Positions 8,092 to 16,203 of a stretch of 43,507 nt of DNA are shown here, piece by piece. Position 1 is the first letter of the stretch. Each line of letters starts with the position of its first letter. Origin of the DNA: a virus (Duplodnaviria > Caudoviricetes); IMG/VR virus record IMGVR_UViG_3300031453_000004, positions 1 through 43,507 of that record. One strand, given 5' to 3'. The notes under the pieces were generated by a model that made no database searches, was not told the DNA's origin, and was given only the letters and a program-made list of their open reading frames with translations. Both the position numbers and the translations under genes were made by a program.

Positions 8092-8387
8092 CCGCCCGCG
8101 AGGACTTCGACGCCACCACCCGGCAAGCCTGGGACGCCGCTGTAGGCGCCGCGGAGGCTGGTCGGTGGAGTGCCCGCGACCAAGCGGAACTGCACCGTGT
8201 GCTGACCGCTGAGGCCCACCCCGCCCTGCCCCCGAACTGGCAGGCATGGGCCGAGCAGGCTGAACCCGAGTTGTCGCCACGGCACAAGCTGTTCGCCCTC
8301 ATCCTGCTCAACACCGCCGCCCTGGTGGTGCTGTTGGTGGTGGGGCGGATCGTGTGGCAGGGCATCAGCACGGTGGTGGGGCTGTGA
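8088..8387 (+). CDS. Hypothetical membrane protein
   Basis: C-terminal hydrophobic segment LFALILLNTAALVVLLVVG. Confidence 0.65.
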   Translation: MTAREDFDATTRQAWDAAVGAAEAGRWSARDQAELHRVLTAEAHPALPPNWQAWAEQAEPELSPRHKLFALILLNTAALVVLLVVGRIVWQGISTVVGL

Positions 8388-8614
8388 ACGCAGCGGCCAT
8401 GTACTTCCCAGAATTGGAGTTTCACAACGGTGAACGTCGGCTCGTGTTCAAGTCGGACCAGTGTGCAGTGTCTGCTCATGTCGGAGCACGAGCATTGGAC
8501 GTGTGGGTAGAACCCATATACGGGGACGACGACGTGCACCTGGACGCCAAGGAGGCACGATGGTTTGCTGCTGCTCTCCTGGCCGCCGCTGACGCCAGCG
8601 AGGCGACACCATGA
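8384..8614 (+). CDS. Hypothetical protein
   Basis: GTGA/ATGA coupled. Confidence 0.6.
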   Translation: MNAAAMYFPELEFHNGERRLVFKSDQCAVSAHVGARALDVWVEPIYGDDDVHLDAKEARWFAAALLAAADASEATP

Positions 8615-8739
8615 CCGCCCACCTGTTGGCGTGGCGGATGCGAACCGGCCTCGACGGCACCCGCATCCCTTACCGCCGAGCACTCAGGTTCGCCCGTGCA
8701 GGGTTGGCCGGGGTTGCAGCACTGGAGGCACAGCCGTGA
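8611..8739 (+). CDS. Hypothetical 42-aa protein (MTAHLLAWRMRTG...)
   Basis: Fills the gap with ATGA/GTGA overlaps. Confidence 0.5.
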   Translation: MTAHLLAWRMRTGLDGTRIPYRRALRFARAGLAGVAALEAQP

Positions 8740-8786
8740 ACGTCCTGCCCCTGTTCGCCGGCATCGGCGGTGATCGACATGCCTAA
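8736..8786 (+). pseudogene. Orphan 5' fragment of a C5-methyltransferase (VNVLPLFAGIGG)
   Basis: GGAGG RBS and canonical motif I, then a stop; same frame as the MTase at 8892. Confidence 0.7.
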
Positions 8787-8892
8787 AGGAGTCTACCCGC
8801 ACACCCAGCGTGTTCCGTGCCATCGCAAGTTCGATGCCGCTCGTCGGGCCGTAACAGGAGAGCGCACTTCTCCTGTTAGGAGGTCTGCCTGA
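8779..8892 (+). pseudogene. 37-aa ORF, possible internally deleted HNH remnant
   Basis: MPKGVYP start and CHRKFD motif; TGATG-coupled to the MTase. Confidence 0.35.
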
Positions 8893-9677
8893 TGCCCGAG
8901 AAGACACTCAACGTTCTGTCCCTGTTCTCGGGCATTCCAACTGGCGGTATCGAGCTCGGCCTCGGCCGTGCCGGGATGACCACCGTGGGCCAGGTGGAGA
9001 TCGACCCCTACTGCACGCAGGTGCTCGCCCACCACTGGCCGGAGGTTGCCCGCCATGACGACGTATCCACAACCCCGAAGTGGTGGAGCTCCAAGCCTCG
9101 ACCACCTGTCGATGTTGTTTGCGGTGGCTTCCCCTGCCAGCCGTTCAGCCTCGCCGGCCGACAACTCGGCACCACCGATGAGCGATGGATGTGGCCTGCG
9201 TTCAGAGACGTCGTACGCGCAGTACGACCCCGCTACGTCCTGGTGGAGAACGTTTCAGCTCTCGTTCGAGATGCCCGAGCATTCGGGACTGTCCTCGGTG
9301 ACCTTCACCAGCTCGGGTTCGATGCGGAATGGGCAACTGTTCGCGCGTCCGACTACGGCGCACCCCATTCGCGTGAACGGGTTTTCATCGTGGCCTACCC
9401 CGCGAGCGTCGATGGGGTCGCACGGGATCTCATGGGCCAGAGCGGAGTCGGGGCAGCACCGCTCGCAGCTAGAGGACTTCCTGGCCTGGCAGCACATCAG
9501 CGTCGGCGGGCAGCGAGTAAGTGGTTGGAAAGTGAGCCCCGAGTGGACCGACTGGTTGATGGGATTCCCGCCCAAGTGGACCGACTGCGAGTGCTCGGCA
9601 ACGCCGTCGTCCCCGCCGTCGCCGAACACTTCGGCCGTCTGATCGTGGCTAACGAGCGAGAGGTCGTGGCGGCATGA
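8892..9677 (+). CDS. DNA cytosine-C5 methyltransferase, main (alpha) polypeptide
   Basis: Motifs I (LSLFSGIPTGG), IV (GGFPCQ), VI (VENV), VIII (RERVFIVA) and X (LGNAV). Confidence 0.92.
   Translation: MPEKTLNVLSLFSGIPTGGIELGLGRAGMTTVGQVEIDPYCTQVLAHHWPEVARHDDVSTTPKWWSSKPRPPVDVVCGGFPCQPFSLAGRQLGTTDERWMWPAFRDVVRAVRPRYVLVENVSALVRDARAFGTVLGDLHQLGFDAEWATVRASDYGAPHSRERVFIVAYPASVDGVARDLMGQSGVGAAPLAARGLPGLAAHQRRRAASKWLESEPRVDRLVDGIPAQVDRLRVLGNAVVPAVAEHFGRLIVANEREVVAA
9055..9642 (+). CDS. Nested out-of-frame methyltransferase subunit (TRD/motif IX, beta-like)
   Basis: GGAGGT 8 nt before ATG 9055; WPTPRAS and SPEWTDWLMGFPPKWT motifs. Confidence 0.75.
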   Translation: MTTYPQPRSGGAPSLDHLSMLFAVASPASRSASPADNSAPPMSDGCGLRSETSYAQYDPATSWWRTFQLSFEMPEHSGLSSVTFTSSGSMRNGQLFARPTTAHPIRVNGFSSWPTPRASMGSHGISWARAESGQHRSQLEDFLAWQHISVGGQRVSGWKVSPEWTDWLMGFPPKWTDCECSATPSSPPSPNTSAV

Positions 9678-9844
9678 GTACCGAGGTAACCCCCGACCTG
9701 TTGCGTCGGGTAGCGGCTGCGTGGGTGGGCGGCACCGCAAGCGACGACATGATCCGCAACTTTCTGCGTGTTCGGGCCGACCGTCTGGAACGCGATGCCG
9801 CTGTCCTCGCCGCTCACGGCACCCCCACGCGGGACGAGTCGTGA
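9674..9844 (+). CDS. Hypothetical 56-aa protein (MSTEVTPDLLRRV...)
   Basis: ATGA/GTGA coupled. Confidence 0.6.
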   Translation: MSTEVTPDLLRRVAAAWVGGTASDDMIRNFLRVRADRLERDAAVLAAHGTPTRDES

Positions 9845-10254
9845 GGTCGGACGCGGCCCGCGCCGTGCATGTCCCCAAGCACCTGTTGGCCACTCTCACC
9901 GCCGAGTCGTGGGAGTTGCAGGCCCATTGCCGTGGCCCGAGGGCCTGGTGGTGGGATGAATCCCTCGACGGGAAGGTGGAGACCGCCAAGGAACGCCGCG
10001 CCCGGCACCGCAAGGCACAAGGCGTCTGCGCGACCTGCCCCGCTTTCCAAGCCTGTGCTGCGGCGGTCACACCCCAGGATTCGGGGGTGCGGGCCGGACG
10101 GTTGTTGGGCACCGATCAGTGCAGCGACTGTGGGTGCCCGATGTCCCGCAACCACACCCCGCAACAACCGGGCCACCGCCGCCACGCAGCGCACGGTAGG
10201 TGCCATAGCTGTTTCAAGTTTTGGCGCAAGCACCCGGAGATGGTGGGGGCATGA
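9841..10254 (+). CDS. WhiB-family transcription factor with extra C-terminal Cys cluster
   Basis: W...A.C...AQGVCATCPAFQAC...GVRAG; then CSDC...CHSC. Confidence 0.75.
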   Translation: MRSDAARAVHVPKHLLATLTAESWELQAHCRGPRAWWWDESLDGKVETAKERRARHRKAQGVCATCPAFQACAAAVTPQDSGVRAGRLLGTDQCSDCGCPMSRNHTPQQPGHRRHAAHGRCHSCFKFWRKHPEMVGA

Positions 10255-10643
10255 GCCGCACCCGCGCATCAGCGAAGAAGGCAGGAGCCGAGTTTGAGCG
10301 TCAGGTGGCGGATTACCTCAAGATGGCCCTGGACGATGACCGCATCGACCGCAGGGTGAAGTCGGGCGCGAAGGATCGGGGCGACATCGGTGGTGTCCGC
10401 ACCCGAGGCCAGCGCGTCACAGTGGAGGTCAAAAACTGTGCCCGCACGGACCTTGCGGGCTGGATCTCCGAGGCGCACATCGAGGCGGGCAACGATGACG
10501 CCCTCTGCGGTGTTGTGGTGTCCAAGCGGCATGGTGTCGGCTGCCCGGGAGACCAGTGGGTGCACTGCACCGTCAAGGATCTCGTGGCGCTGCTCAGGGG
10601 GCAACGCATCGACACGTCCGAGCGACCGGAGGACACAACATGA
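10251..10643 (+). CDS. Holliday junction resolvase (PD-(D/E)XK type)
   Basis: AKKAGAEFER..ADYL...DRGDIGG...VEVKN. Confidence 0.8.
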   Translation: MSRTRASAKKAGAEFERQVADYLKMALDDDRIDRRVKSGAKDRGDIGGVRTRGQRVTVEVKNCARTDLAGWISEAHIEAGNDDALCGVVVSKRHGVGCPGDQWVHCTVKDLVALLRGQRIDTSERPEDTT

Positions 10644-10963
10644 GCAACCCCGAACCACCGTTCAGTCCGTACGACTGGTACAGCTTCCTGCCCGAGCAGC
10701 AGGCCGCGGCTATTACTGAGAATATCCGTGTTCGTGATGCTGAGCGGGTAGCTGAGCGTGACAAGGTGGAGGCCGCGCACAGTGCGGTACTTGCGGAGGC
10801 GACTGGTGTGCGACGCGCCATCCTGGAATTGCACTCACCCACACCCGCCGCCGCGCACATCTACGCCACGATCGTGTGTTCGTGCTGCTACAACCCCGAC
10901 TATGACGACGACTGGCCGTGTGAGACGTACGTTCTGGCCCGCGACTTTCCGGAGGACAAGTGA
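10640..10963 (+). CDS. Hypothetical Zn-binding protein
   Basis: GGAGG RBS; LELH...CSCC...WPCET. Confidence 0.65.
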   Translation: MSNPEPPFSPYDWYSFLPEQQAAAITENIRVRDAERVAERDKVEAAHSAVLAEATGVRRAILELHSPTPAAAHIYATIVCSCCYNPDYDDDWPCETYVLARDFPEDK

Positions 10964-11154
10964 CCAACCCGGAGCGCTGGGAATGGGATCGACACGTGAG
11001 GTGCGATCTGGTGCCACCACAGGAGCCATGCACGTCGCCGGACGGGCACAATCAGGCGCCCCTCTGTTACTTCGGGCACAACGCCCCATCCCGTTTTTAC
11101 TGCACTCGCTGCGGACGGTCTTGGCAGGTCGTCGTATTCGAGGGGGACGAGTGA
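10960..11154 (+). CDS. Hypothetical Zn-ribbon protein
   Basis: GGAGG RBS; C...H...CTRCG. Confidence 0.6.
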   Translation: MTNPERWEWDRHVRCDLVPPQEPCTSPDGHNQAPLCYFGHNAPSRFYCTRCGRSWQVVVFEGDE

Positions 11155-11693
11155 GCACCGCACAGCACGTAATTGACGAGATCGGCGCCCTGGTCGATGA
11201 GCAGTTGCAGCAGGAGGCCTCGGGCTACGACCACAACCTGAACCAGCCACGCTGCCGGTGCGGAGCGGGTTGGCATGGAATGAAGCTAGGCGGCTGCCCG
11301 GGGTCGGATACGGAAGGTCCGCCGGATGCGCTCCGTCTCACTTTCGGGAATTGGCAAGATGTGCGGCAGGACATAGAGCCGCTCATTGCAGCGTTCCGCG
11401 GCATCGCTGACGAGGTAAGCCGGGCGTGGGAGTCACTCCGAGACGGCGTAGCGGCGATGGCGGTCACATTCCCTACCTCCAACGCCCCGCCGTCTCGTTG
11501 CACCCTGGCCGCTCGGCGTCGTATGCACTCCGACCAACTGCGGGTGCAGCGCCGGGCTGTCAGGCGGGAACGTCGAGCACGGCGACGGGAGGCGACGCGC
11601 GACCCCCTGGAGGTGCACGACGACTATGTGATCCTCACGTTGATCCCCGATGTGTCCGGCTTTCGTCGGGAATTGCGGAGGATTTCGGAATGA
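11151..11693 (+). CDS. Hypothetical protein
   Basis: GTGA coupled; CRCG..WHG...CPG motif. Confidence 0.6.
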   Translation: MSTAQHVIDEIGALVDEQLQQEASGYDHNLNQPRCRCGAGWHGMKLGGCPGSDTEGPPDALRLTFGNWQDVRQDIEPLIAAFRGIADEVSRAWESLRDGVAAMAVTFPTSNAPPSRCTLAARRRMHSDQLRVQRRAVRRERRARRREATRDPLEVHDDYVILTLIPDVSGFRRELRRISE

Positions 11694-12358
11694 CCAACCC
11701 TGAGCGCACCACCACCGACACCCGCGAACGCCTCTCCGGGGTCCGGGAACAACTCGACGATGCTGTGCAAGACCTCATTGGTGTTCGTCATGGCACGATC
11801 ACCGTGGACACCCCCAACGGCGCCACCATCCGGGCTGTGTACCGGGACAGTGTGTACACGGAGATGGTGGCAGCCCTGCCGGGTGGGCAGGGCACACAGT
11901 TGGGTTCGACGGCCAGGTCGATGCCCCCGTTGCGGGTGGATGCACTGGACTGGCTCAACGAGGTGCACGCCACGATCGGCGACTGGGTGCGCACCTACCA
12001 ACTCCGGGCTGACTTCACCGTCACGGAGCAACTGGACGCGCTCACCGCCCTCACATGGCGGCCTCAGGACGTGCCCATGATCCAAGATCACGCCGACAAC
12101 ATCCGGCGTTGGGTACGTACCGCCACCACCCTCATCGACGGGGAAGAGCAACGCAAGATGGAGCTAGTGAGTCCTTGCCCCGCGTGTGGCGTCCGTACGG
12201 TTTACCGCAAGGACTCCTGTGGTGACACCGTGCGGCAGGCTGCCCTGTCGTTGACTACCACCGGGTGTGTGTGCCTCGCCTGCCGGCACGATTGGGCACC
12301 CCAGTACTTCCAACACCTCGCGGCCGTGCTGGGTTGCGCGATACCCGGCGCGGTGTGA
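11690..12358 (+). CDS. Conserved actinophage protein with C-terminal Zn ribbon (possible late regulator)
   Basis: GGAGG RBS; PPLRVDALD; CPAC...CLAC...W; last early gene before a non-coding gap. Confidence 0.6.
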   Translation: MTNPERTTTDTRERLSGVREQLDDAVQDLIGVRHGTITVDTPNGATIRAVYRDSVYTEMVAALPGGQGTQLGSTARSMPPLRVDALDWLNEVHATIGDWVRTYQLRADFTVTEQLDALTALTWRPQDVPMIQDHADNIRRWVRTATTLIDGEEQRKMELVSPCPACGVRTVYRKDSCGDTVRQAALSLTTTGCVCLACRHDWAPQYFQHLAAVLGCAIPGAV

Positions 12359-12382
12359 ATGCCATCGATGTAATTTCTGATG

Positions 12383-12388
12383 TATGGT
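12383..12388 (+). promoter_or_regulatory. Candidate late-operon -10 (TATGGT)
   Basis: TANNNT in an AT-rich patch at the start of a large intergenic gap. Confidence 0.4.
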
Positions 12389-12545
12389 GGCCTTACGGCA
12401 GCAGTGACTCTCCAGCCAGCCGTGTCTTTCGTCCCCGCCTTTGTCCGGGGACCGCCCCCACCGTCGCGGCACGTCTCCAATCCTCGCGCAGACGGTCAAC
12501 CCAACGCTGGGGGCACTAACGTCACTCTCACACTGAGGGGTTGCC

Positions 12546-12677
12546 GTGGTCACTGTCCTGCTCACCGCCGCTGTCATCGTGGTCACCGGGCTCGGGACCG
12601 TGGCTGGCATCCTCGCTGTCGCCATCATCATCAGCGAGTCTCAGGACCATGACCCTGTGCATCACCTCGGGGACTGA
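12546..12677 (+). CDS. 43-aa membrane peptide
   Basis: GAGGGG RBS; VVTVLLTAAVIVVTGLGTVAGILAVAIII. Confidence 0.55.
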   Translation: MVTVLLTAAVIVVTGLGTVAGILAVAIIISESQDHDPVHHLGD

Positions 12678-12679
12678 CC

Positions 12680-12847
12680 ATGCCCACCACCCTGCGCCGC
12701 AAGAACCCTTACTGCGACGACCTGCGACCCTGCTCCGACGACGACATCTGCACCCGTCTCGCTGACCACGACGGCGACCACTACGACGTTGTGACCGAAC
12801 GCCGCTGGCACAACACGGGGCAGACGTACGGGCGCTCGGAGCCGTGA
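12680..12847 (+). CDS. 55-aa hypothetical protein
   Basis: C...CTR..DH.GDH...W motif; TGATG coupled to the next gene. Confidence 0.55.
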   Translation: MPTTLRRKNPYCDDLRPCSDDDICTRLADHDGDHYDVVTERRWHNTGQTYGRSEP

Positions 12848-13053
12848 TGGCCGTATCGGGCAAGTTCAGTGAGCACTGCATCGCTTGGGCCATGATCCAC
12901 TGCCGCTGTTCACGGGTCGAAGCGCGGGCGTTCGCTGATTGGGCAGTGCTCCAGTACGAAGCCGGTCGGATCACCCATCGCACCGAGTTCTTGAAGGCGT
13001 GGGCGGGTTGGCGTGAGTGGCGCGCCGAACTGCACACGATGGTCACGGCATGA
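12847..13053 (+). CDS. Hypothetical protein
   Basis: Coupled ORF. Confidence 0.55.
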   Translation: MAVSGKFSEHCIAWAMIHCRCSRVEARAFADWAVLQYEAGRITHRTEFLKAWAGWREWRAELHTMVTA

Positions 13054-13286
13054 CCATCGAGGTTGTGGCGGGCACCGACACCCAAGCGTTCGCCGTCGCC
13101 ACCCTCGACTACAAACTGACTCAGGCCCGGACCCGCCGCGACTACTACCGGGCTGCCGCCGACAAAGCCGCCCTCGACGGGGCACCGGTCATGGAGTCGT
13201 TGGCCCTGGCGCACGCCGAAGTCCTGTGCGAGTCCATCGACCTGATGTTGGCGAGGCGCCACAGACTCACATCGGAGGCGTTGTGA
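13050..13286 (+). CDS. Hypothetical protein
   Basis: ATGA/GTGA coupled. Confidence 0.6.
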   Translation: MTIEVVAGTDTQAFAVATLDYKLTQARTRRDYYRAAADKAALDGAPVMESLALAHAEVLCESIDLMLARRHRLTSEAL

Positions 13287-13456
13287 CGTTCCGGACCCGG
13301 TTGCGCCGTCTCCTGCACCGCACCCCACCGGCACGGGTCGCCGCCCACCACCCACTGCCCATCGTGGACACAGGCCCCGACACCGAAACTTGGCCTGCAC
13401 CTCGGCACACCCACCGCGACCCCACCACCGGCCGCTACACACGCAAGGAGCAGTGA
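13283..13456 (+). CDS. Hypothetical basic protein (ends RDPTTGRYTRKEQ)
   Basis: GGAGG RBS; coupled. Confidence 0.55.
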   Translation: MTFRTRLRRLLHRTPPARVAAHHPLPIVDTGPDTETWPAPRHTHRDPTTGRYTRKEQ

Positions 13457-13692
13457 TGCACGCTAAAGCCGTCGTCGTTGAGATCGTGGAACGCGGCAGG
13501 CCCCTGGACGACACCAAGGTAGGTGGCGATGTGGTCGTGCCCGACGACATCCGTATCAACGGCCAGTCTGTCCTTTGCGAAGAGGGCTCACTGAAGGTGC
13601 ACGAGATGGACCTAGCCCACCGCGATATTGTCCGGGTGACGCTCACCCTGTTCGCACGCCGCGTCACTATCGGCGCCGAGAACGACATCTGA
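13456..13692 (+). CDS. Hypothetical beta-rich protein
   Basis: AAGGAG RBS; coupled. Confidence 0.65.
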   Translation: MHAKAVVVEIVERGRPLDDTKVGGDVVVPDDIRINGQSVLCEEGSLKVHEMDLAHRDIVRVTLTLFARRVTIGAENDI

Positions 13693-13883
13693 TGAGCGAC
13701 GAACCCCGCAGCTACAACGGCCCCAGGTTCCCGCTAAGCCCGCATCACCTCACCGCGGATTACTACGACCCACCAGACGCAATCGCCGCGGCGCGCCGCT
13801 ACATCCAGGACAACTACGGCCCCGAGCAGGTACTCAGACCAGAGCTAATCATCGTTCAGCGCAAACGATTCGAGGAGAAATGA
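13692..13883 (+). CDS. Hypothetical protein
   Basis: TGATG/ATGA coupled. Confidence 0.5.
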   Translation: MSDEPRSYNGPRFPLSPHHLTADYYDPPDAIAAARRYIQDNYGPEQVLRPELIIVQRKRFEEK

Positions 13884-13963
13884 CCGGAAGCCTGCTATGG
13901 ACCGTGCTTGTCGTCCTGGCCATCATCGCCCTGATCTTGTTCATCGTGCGGGGTCGGCTGTGA
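13880..13963 (+). CDS. 27-aa single-TM peptide (MTGSLLWTVLVVLAIIALILFIVRGRL)
   Basis: GAGGAG RBS; overlaps both neighbours. Confidence 0.65.
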   Translation: MTGSLLWTVLVVLAIIALILFIVRGRL

Positions 13964-15252
13964 TGCACACCGGGAAGCTCGCCGCTGACCCGTCGAAGCC
14001 GCGGCTCACCCTCGCCGCCCACCTCGACGCTGCCACTGTGGACGCCCCCGCGACAGTGGACTGGTACTCACGCATCACAGGTTGGGGCTCCCTCGGCAAC
14101 GACCGCTACAGCGACTGTGTGACGGCCGGCGAGTCCCACGCACTACTTGCGCTGAGCACTTACGCGGGCGCCGAGGTCCGCATCAACGAAGCCGACACTG
14201 TTGCCCTGTGGGAGCAACTGTCAGGGTTCCGTCCAGGCACCGACGCCGAACCCGGCCCTGGCCTGGTCACGCAGGACGCGCTCAACGAGTGGCGCACACA
14301 GGGCATCGACGGACACCAGTGCGATGTGTTCGCCGCGGTGGACTACACGCAGCCCGGGGATGTGCAAGCCGCCATCGCCATGCTCGGCTGCGTCCTCGTG
14401 GGCTTCCAAGTACCGCAGACCGCGTTCAACCAGTTCAACAACGGGCAACCGTGGGATGTCACCAACCCTGACGGTGGCAACGACGGCGGACACCTCATCG
14501 TGCTCAGCGGTTACGACCGCGCTGCTGGCATGTACACCTGCGTTTCGTGGGGGCAGACACAGCTCATGTCGCAGGCTTTCCTCGACCGGTACGTCGATGA
14601 GTGTTGGGCGGTGATCGTCCCCGAGTGGGTCGCAGCCAACGGCACCTCACCTTCCGGCCTGGACTTGCACGGCTTGGGTGAGGACTTCGCCAGCTTGACC
14701 GGGCAGTCCAATCCGTTCCCCGCACCCACCCCCGCGCCGGCACCCGCGCCTGCACCGCAGCCAACGCCTGCGCCCGACCCGACGCCCGTACCTGATCCCG
14801 TACCTGCGCCCGTACCCGACCCGACACCGGTACCGACACCAGATCCAGCGCCTGCACCAGACCCCGTTACACCCACACCCACACCAGCACCGGAGCCAAT
14901 CCCGGCCCCGGCACCACCAGTAAGGACGGACCCCACCATGACCGCAATGCAGGACCACATCGACGCCATCTCCACAGCAGTGGACGACGCCCGCACCAGC
15001 ATCGAAGCTGAGGTAGAGGCACTCAAAGCGCAGGCCACCCAGCCCCCAACCAACACGCCCGACTCGCCTGCACTGGACTTCGCGAAGCTGGACGCTGCGG
15101 TGGCGAAACTGTCTGGCGACTCACCAGCACCGGACCCAACGCCAGTACCGAACACACCGCCCGCGCCTGCACCCGAGCCCGTACCAGTAGCCCCAGCGCC
15201 GGCGCCTGACCCGAACGCGCCAGTTGACCCGAATGCCCCGACTGCTCCCTGA
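13963..15252 (+). CDS. Papain-like cysteine peptidase with Pro-rich linker and C-terminal helical segment
   Basis: GNDRYSDCV, GGHLIVLSGYD, SWG; PAP/PDP repeats. Confidence 0.7.
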   Translation: MHTGKLAADPSKPRLTLAAHLDAATVDAPATVDWYSRITGWGSLGNDRYSDCVTAGESHALLALSTYAGAEVRINEADTVALWEQLSGFRPGTDAEPGPGLVTQDALNEWRTQGIDGHQCDVFAAVDYTQPGDVQAAIAMLGCVLVGFQVPQTAFNQFNNGQPWDVTNPDGGNDGGHLIVLSGYDRAAGMYTCVSWGQTQLMSQAFLDRYVDECWAVIVPEWVAANGTSPSGLDLHGLGEDFASLTGQSNPFPAPTPAPAPAPAPQPTPAPDPTPVPDPVPAPVPDPTPVPTPDPAPAPDPVTPTPTPAPEPIPAPAPPVRTDPTMTAMQDHIDAISTAVDDARTSIEAEVEALKAQATQPPTNTPDSPALDFAKLDAAVAKLSGDSPAPDPTPVPNTPPAPAPEPVPVAPAPAPDPNAPVDPNAPTAP

Positions 15253-15295
15253 CAGTCCTGTCCCATCCGGCATGCCCACATGAAGGAGATTCATC

Positions 15296-15649
15296 ATGCC
15301 GAATCCGAACGTGGCTGCACCTGGTGCGACTGATGTAATTGTGCCATCAGCGGTGAGGACGGCAACAGGGGATTCCGGGCTGATCAGTGGGTGGGGCAAC
15401 GTCAAAACGCTGCGTGCCCAGCTCGCTGTCACTGCAGTGAGCGGGACGACGCCAAGTATCTCGGTGTTTCTTGAAGACACGCTCGATGGTGTGAACTGGA
15501 ATCAGTTGGCCGCCTTCACCCCAGCGAGTTCTGCTGGGGTGCAGGTCCTCAACGTCACAAGCTCGTTCACAGACAAGATGCGTTACCGCTGGGCGATAAC
15601 AGGAACCACACCATCGGTGACATTCGCGGTCACCGTCTACAGCGAGTAG
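15296..15649 (+). CDS. Hypothetical beta-sandwich protein, possibly virion-associated
   Basis: AAGGAG RBS; Thr/Ser/Val-rich; ...DGVNW...RYRW.ITGTTPS.TF. Confidence 0.7.
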   Translation: MPNPNVAAPGATDVIVPSAVRTATGDSGLISGWGNVKTLRAQLAVTAVSGTTPSISVFLEDTLDGVNWNQLAAFTPASSAGVQVLNVTSSFTDKMRYRWAITGTTPSVTFAVTVYSE

Positions 15650-15659
15650 GAGATACATC

Positions 15660-15752
15660 ATGCCTGGCACCAAGCCCAACCCTGGCACACCCAAGGACAA
15701 GCGCATCAGCGGACGTGGGCAGAAGCCCGGTCCCAAACCCAAACGCGGGTAG
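15660..15752 (+). CDS. 30-aa Lys/Pro/Gly-rich peptide
   Basis: AGGAGA RBS; MPGTKPNPGTPKDKRISGRGQKPGPKPKRG. Confidence 0.55.
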   Translation: MPGTKPNPGTPKDKRISGRGQKPGPKPKRG

Positions 15753-15840
15753 GGCACACGGGTACTGCACCACCAGACACCTACCTACCCGTGGCCTAGC
15801 GCGCCGCGACACCTGAGTTACATGGGGAGGTGATGGCCTC

Positions 15841-16203
15841 ATGCCCCGCGCACTGGGTGTGTGTTGCCAACCCGGATGCCCACACCCAGCGCACAGCAGG
15901 GGTAGGTGCCACACCCACGCCACACTGCACGATCAGCAACGCGGCACCCGACACCAACGTGGGTACGGCACGGAGCACGACCACATCCGGCAGCACCTAC
16001 TGAACCAGCACACAGAGGGCACACCCTGCATCAGGTGCGGGCAACCCATGTACAAGGCAACACAGCACCTCGATGCCGGCCACCCCGACCACACCCCAGC
16101 TAGCCGCGGCGGTAAAGCCAACAGACTCGAACACGCTACCTGCAACCGAAGCAGTGCAGGCGCCAAAACAGGGGAGGCAACAGAATGCCTAGACTCGGAG
16201 TGA
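15841..16203 (+). CDS. Packaging-associated HNH endonuclease
   Basis: C...GCP...GRC..H, RGYG, CIRCG...H.DH...EH..CN; upstream of terS. Confidence 0.8.
   Translation: MPRALGVCCQPGCPHPAHSRGRCHTHATLHDQQRGTRHQRGYGTEHDHIRQHLLNQHTEGTPCIRCGQPMYKATQHLDAGHPDHTPASRGGKANRLEHATCNRSSAGAKTGEATECLDSE

Noticed and set aside
8772-8948. Group I intron in the methyltransferase
   Set aside because: Too short, no recognisable core, and no boundary placement gives the required U at the 5' exon end with a terminal G.
7466-9677. C-terminal AA of genes 7466-7855 and 8892-9677 as degrons
   Set aside because: Can be explained by GCATGA stop/start overlaps and embedded SD sequences, so not independent evidence.
12528-13688. 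Long minus-strand ORFs (also 19446-20708, 35743-37119, 647-1528)
   Set aside because: Antisense to well-coupled plus-strand genes, with no motifs or RBS; typical high-GC shadow ORFs.
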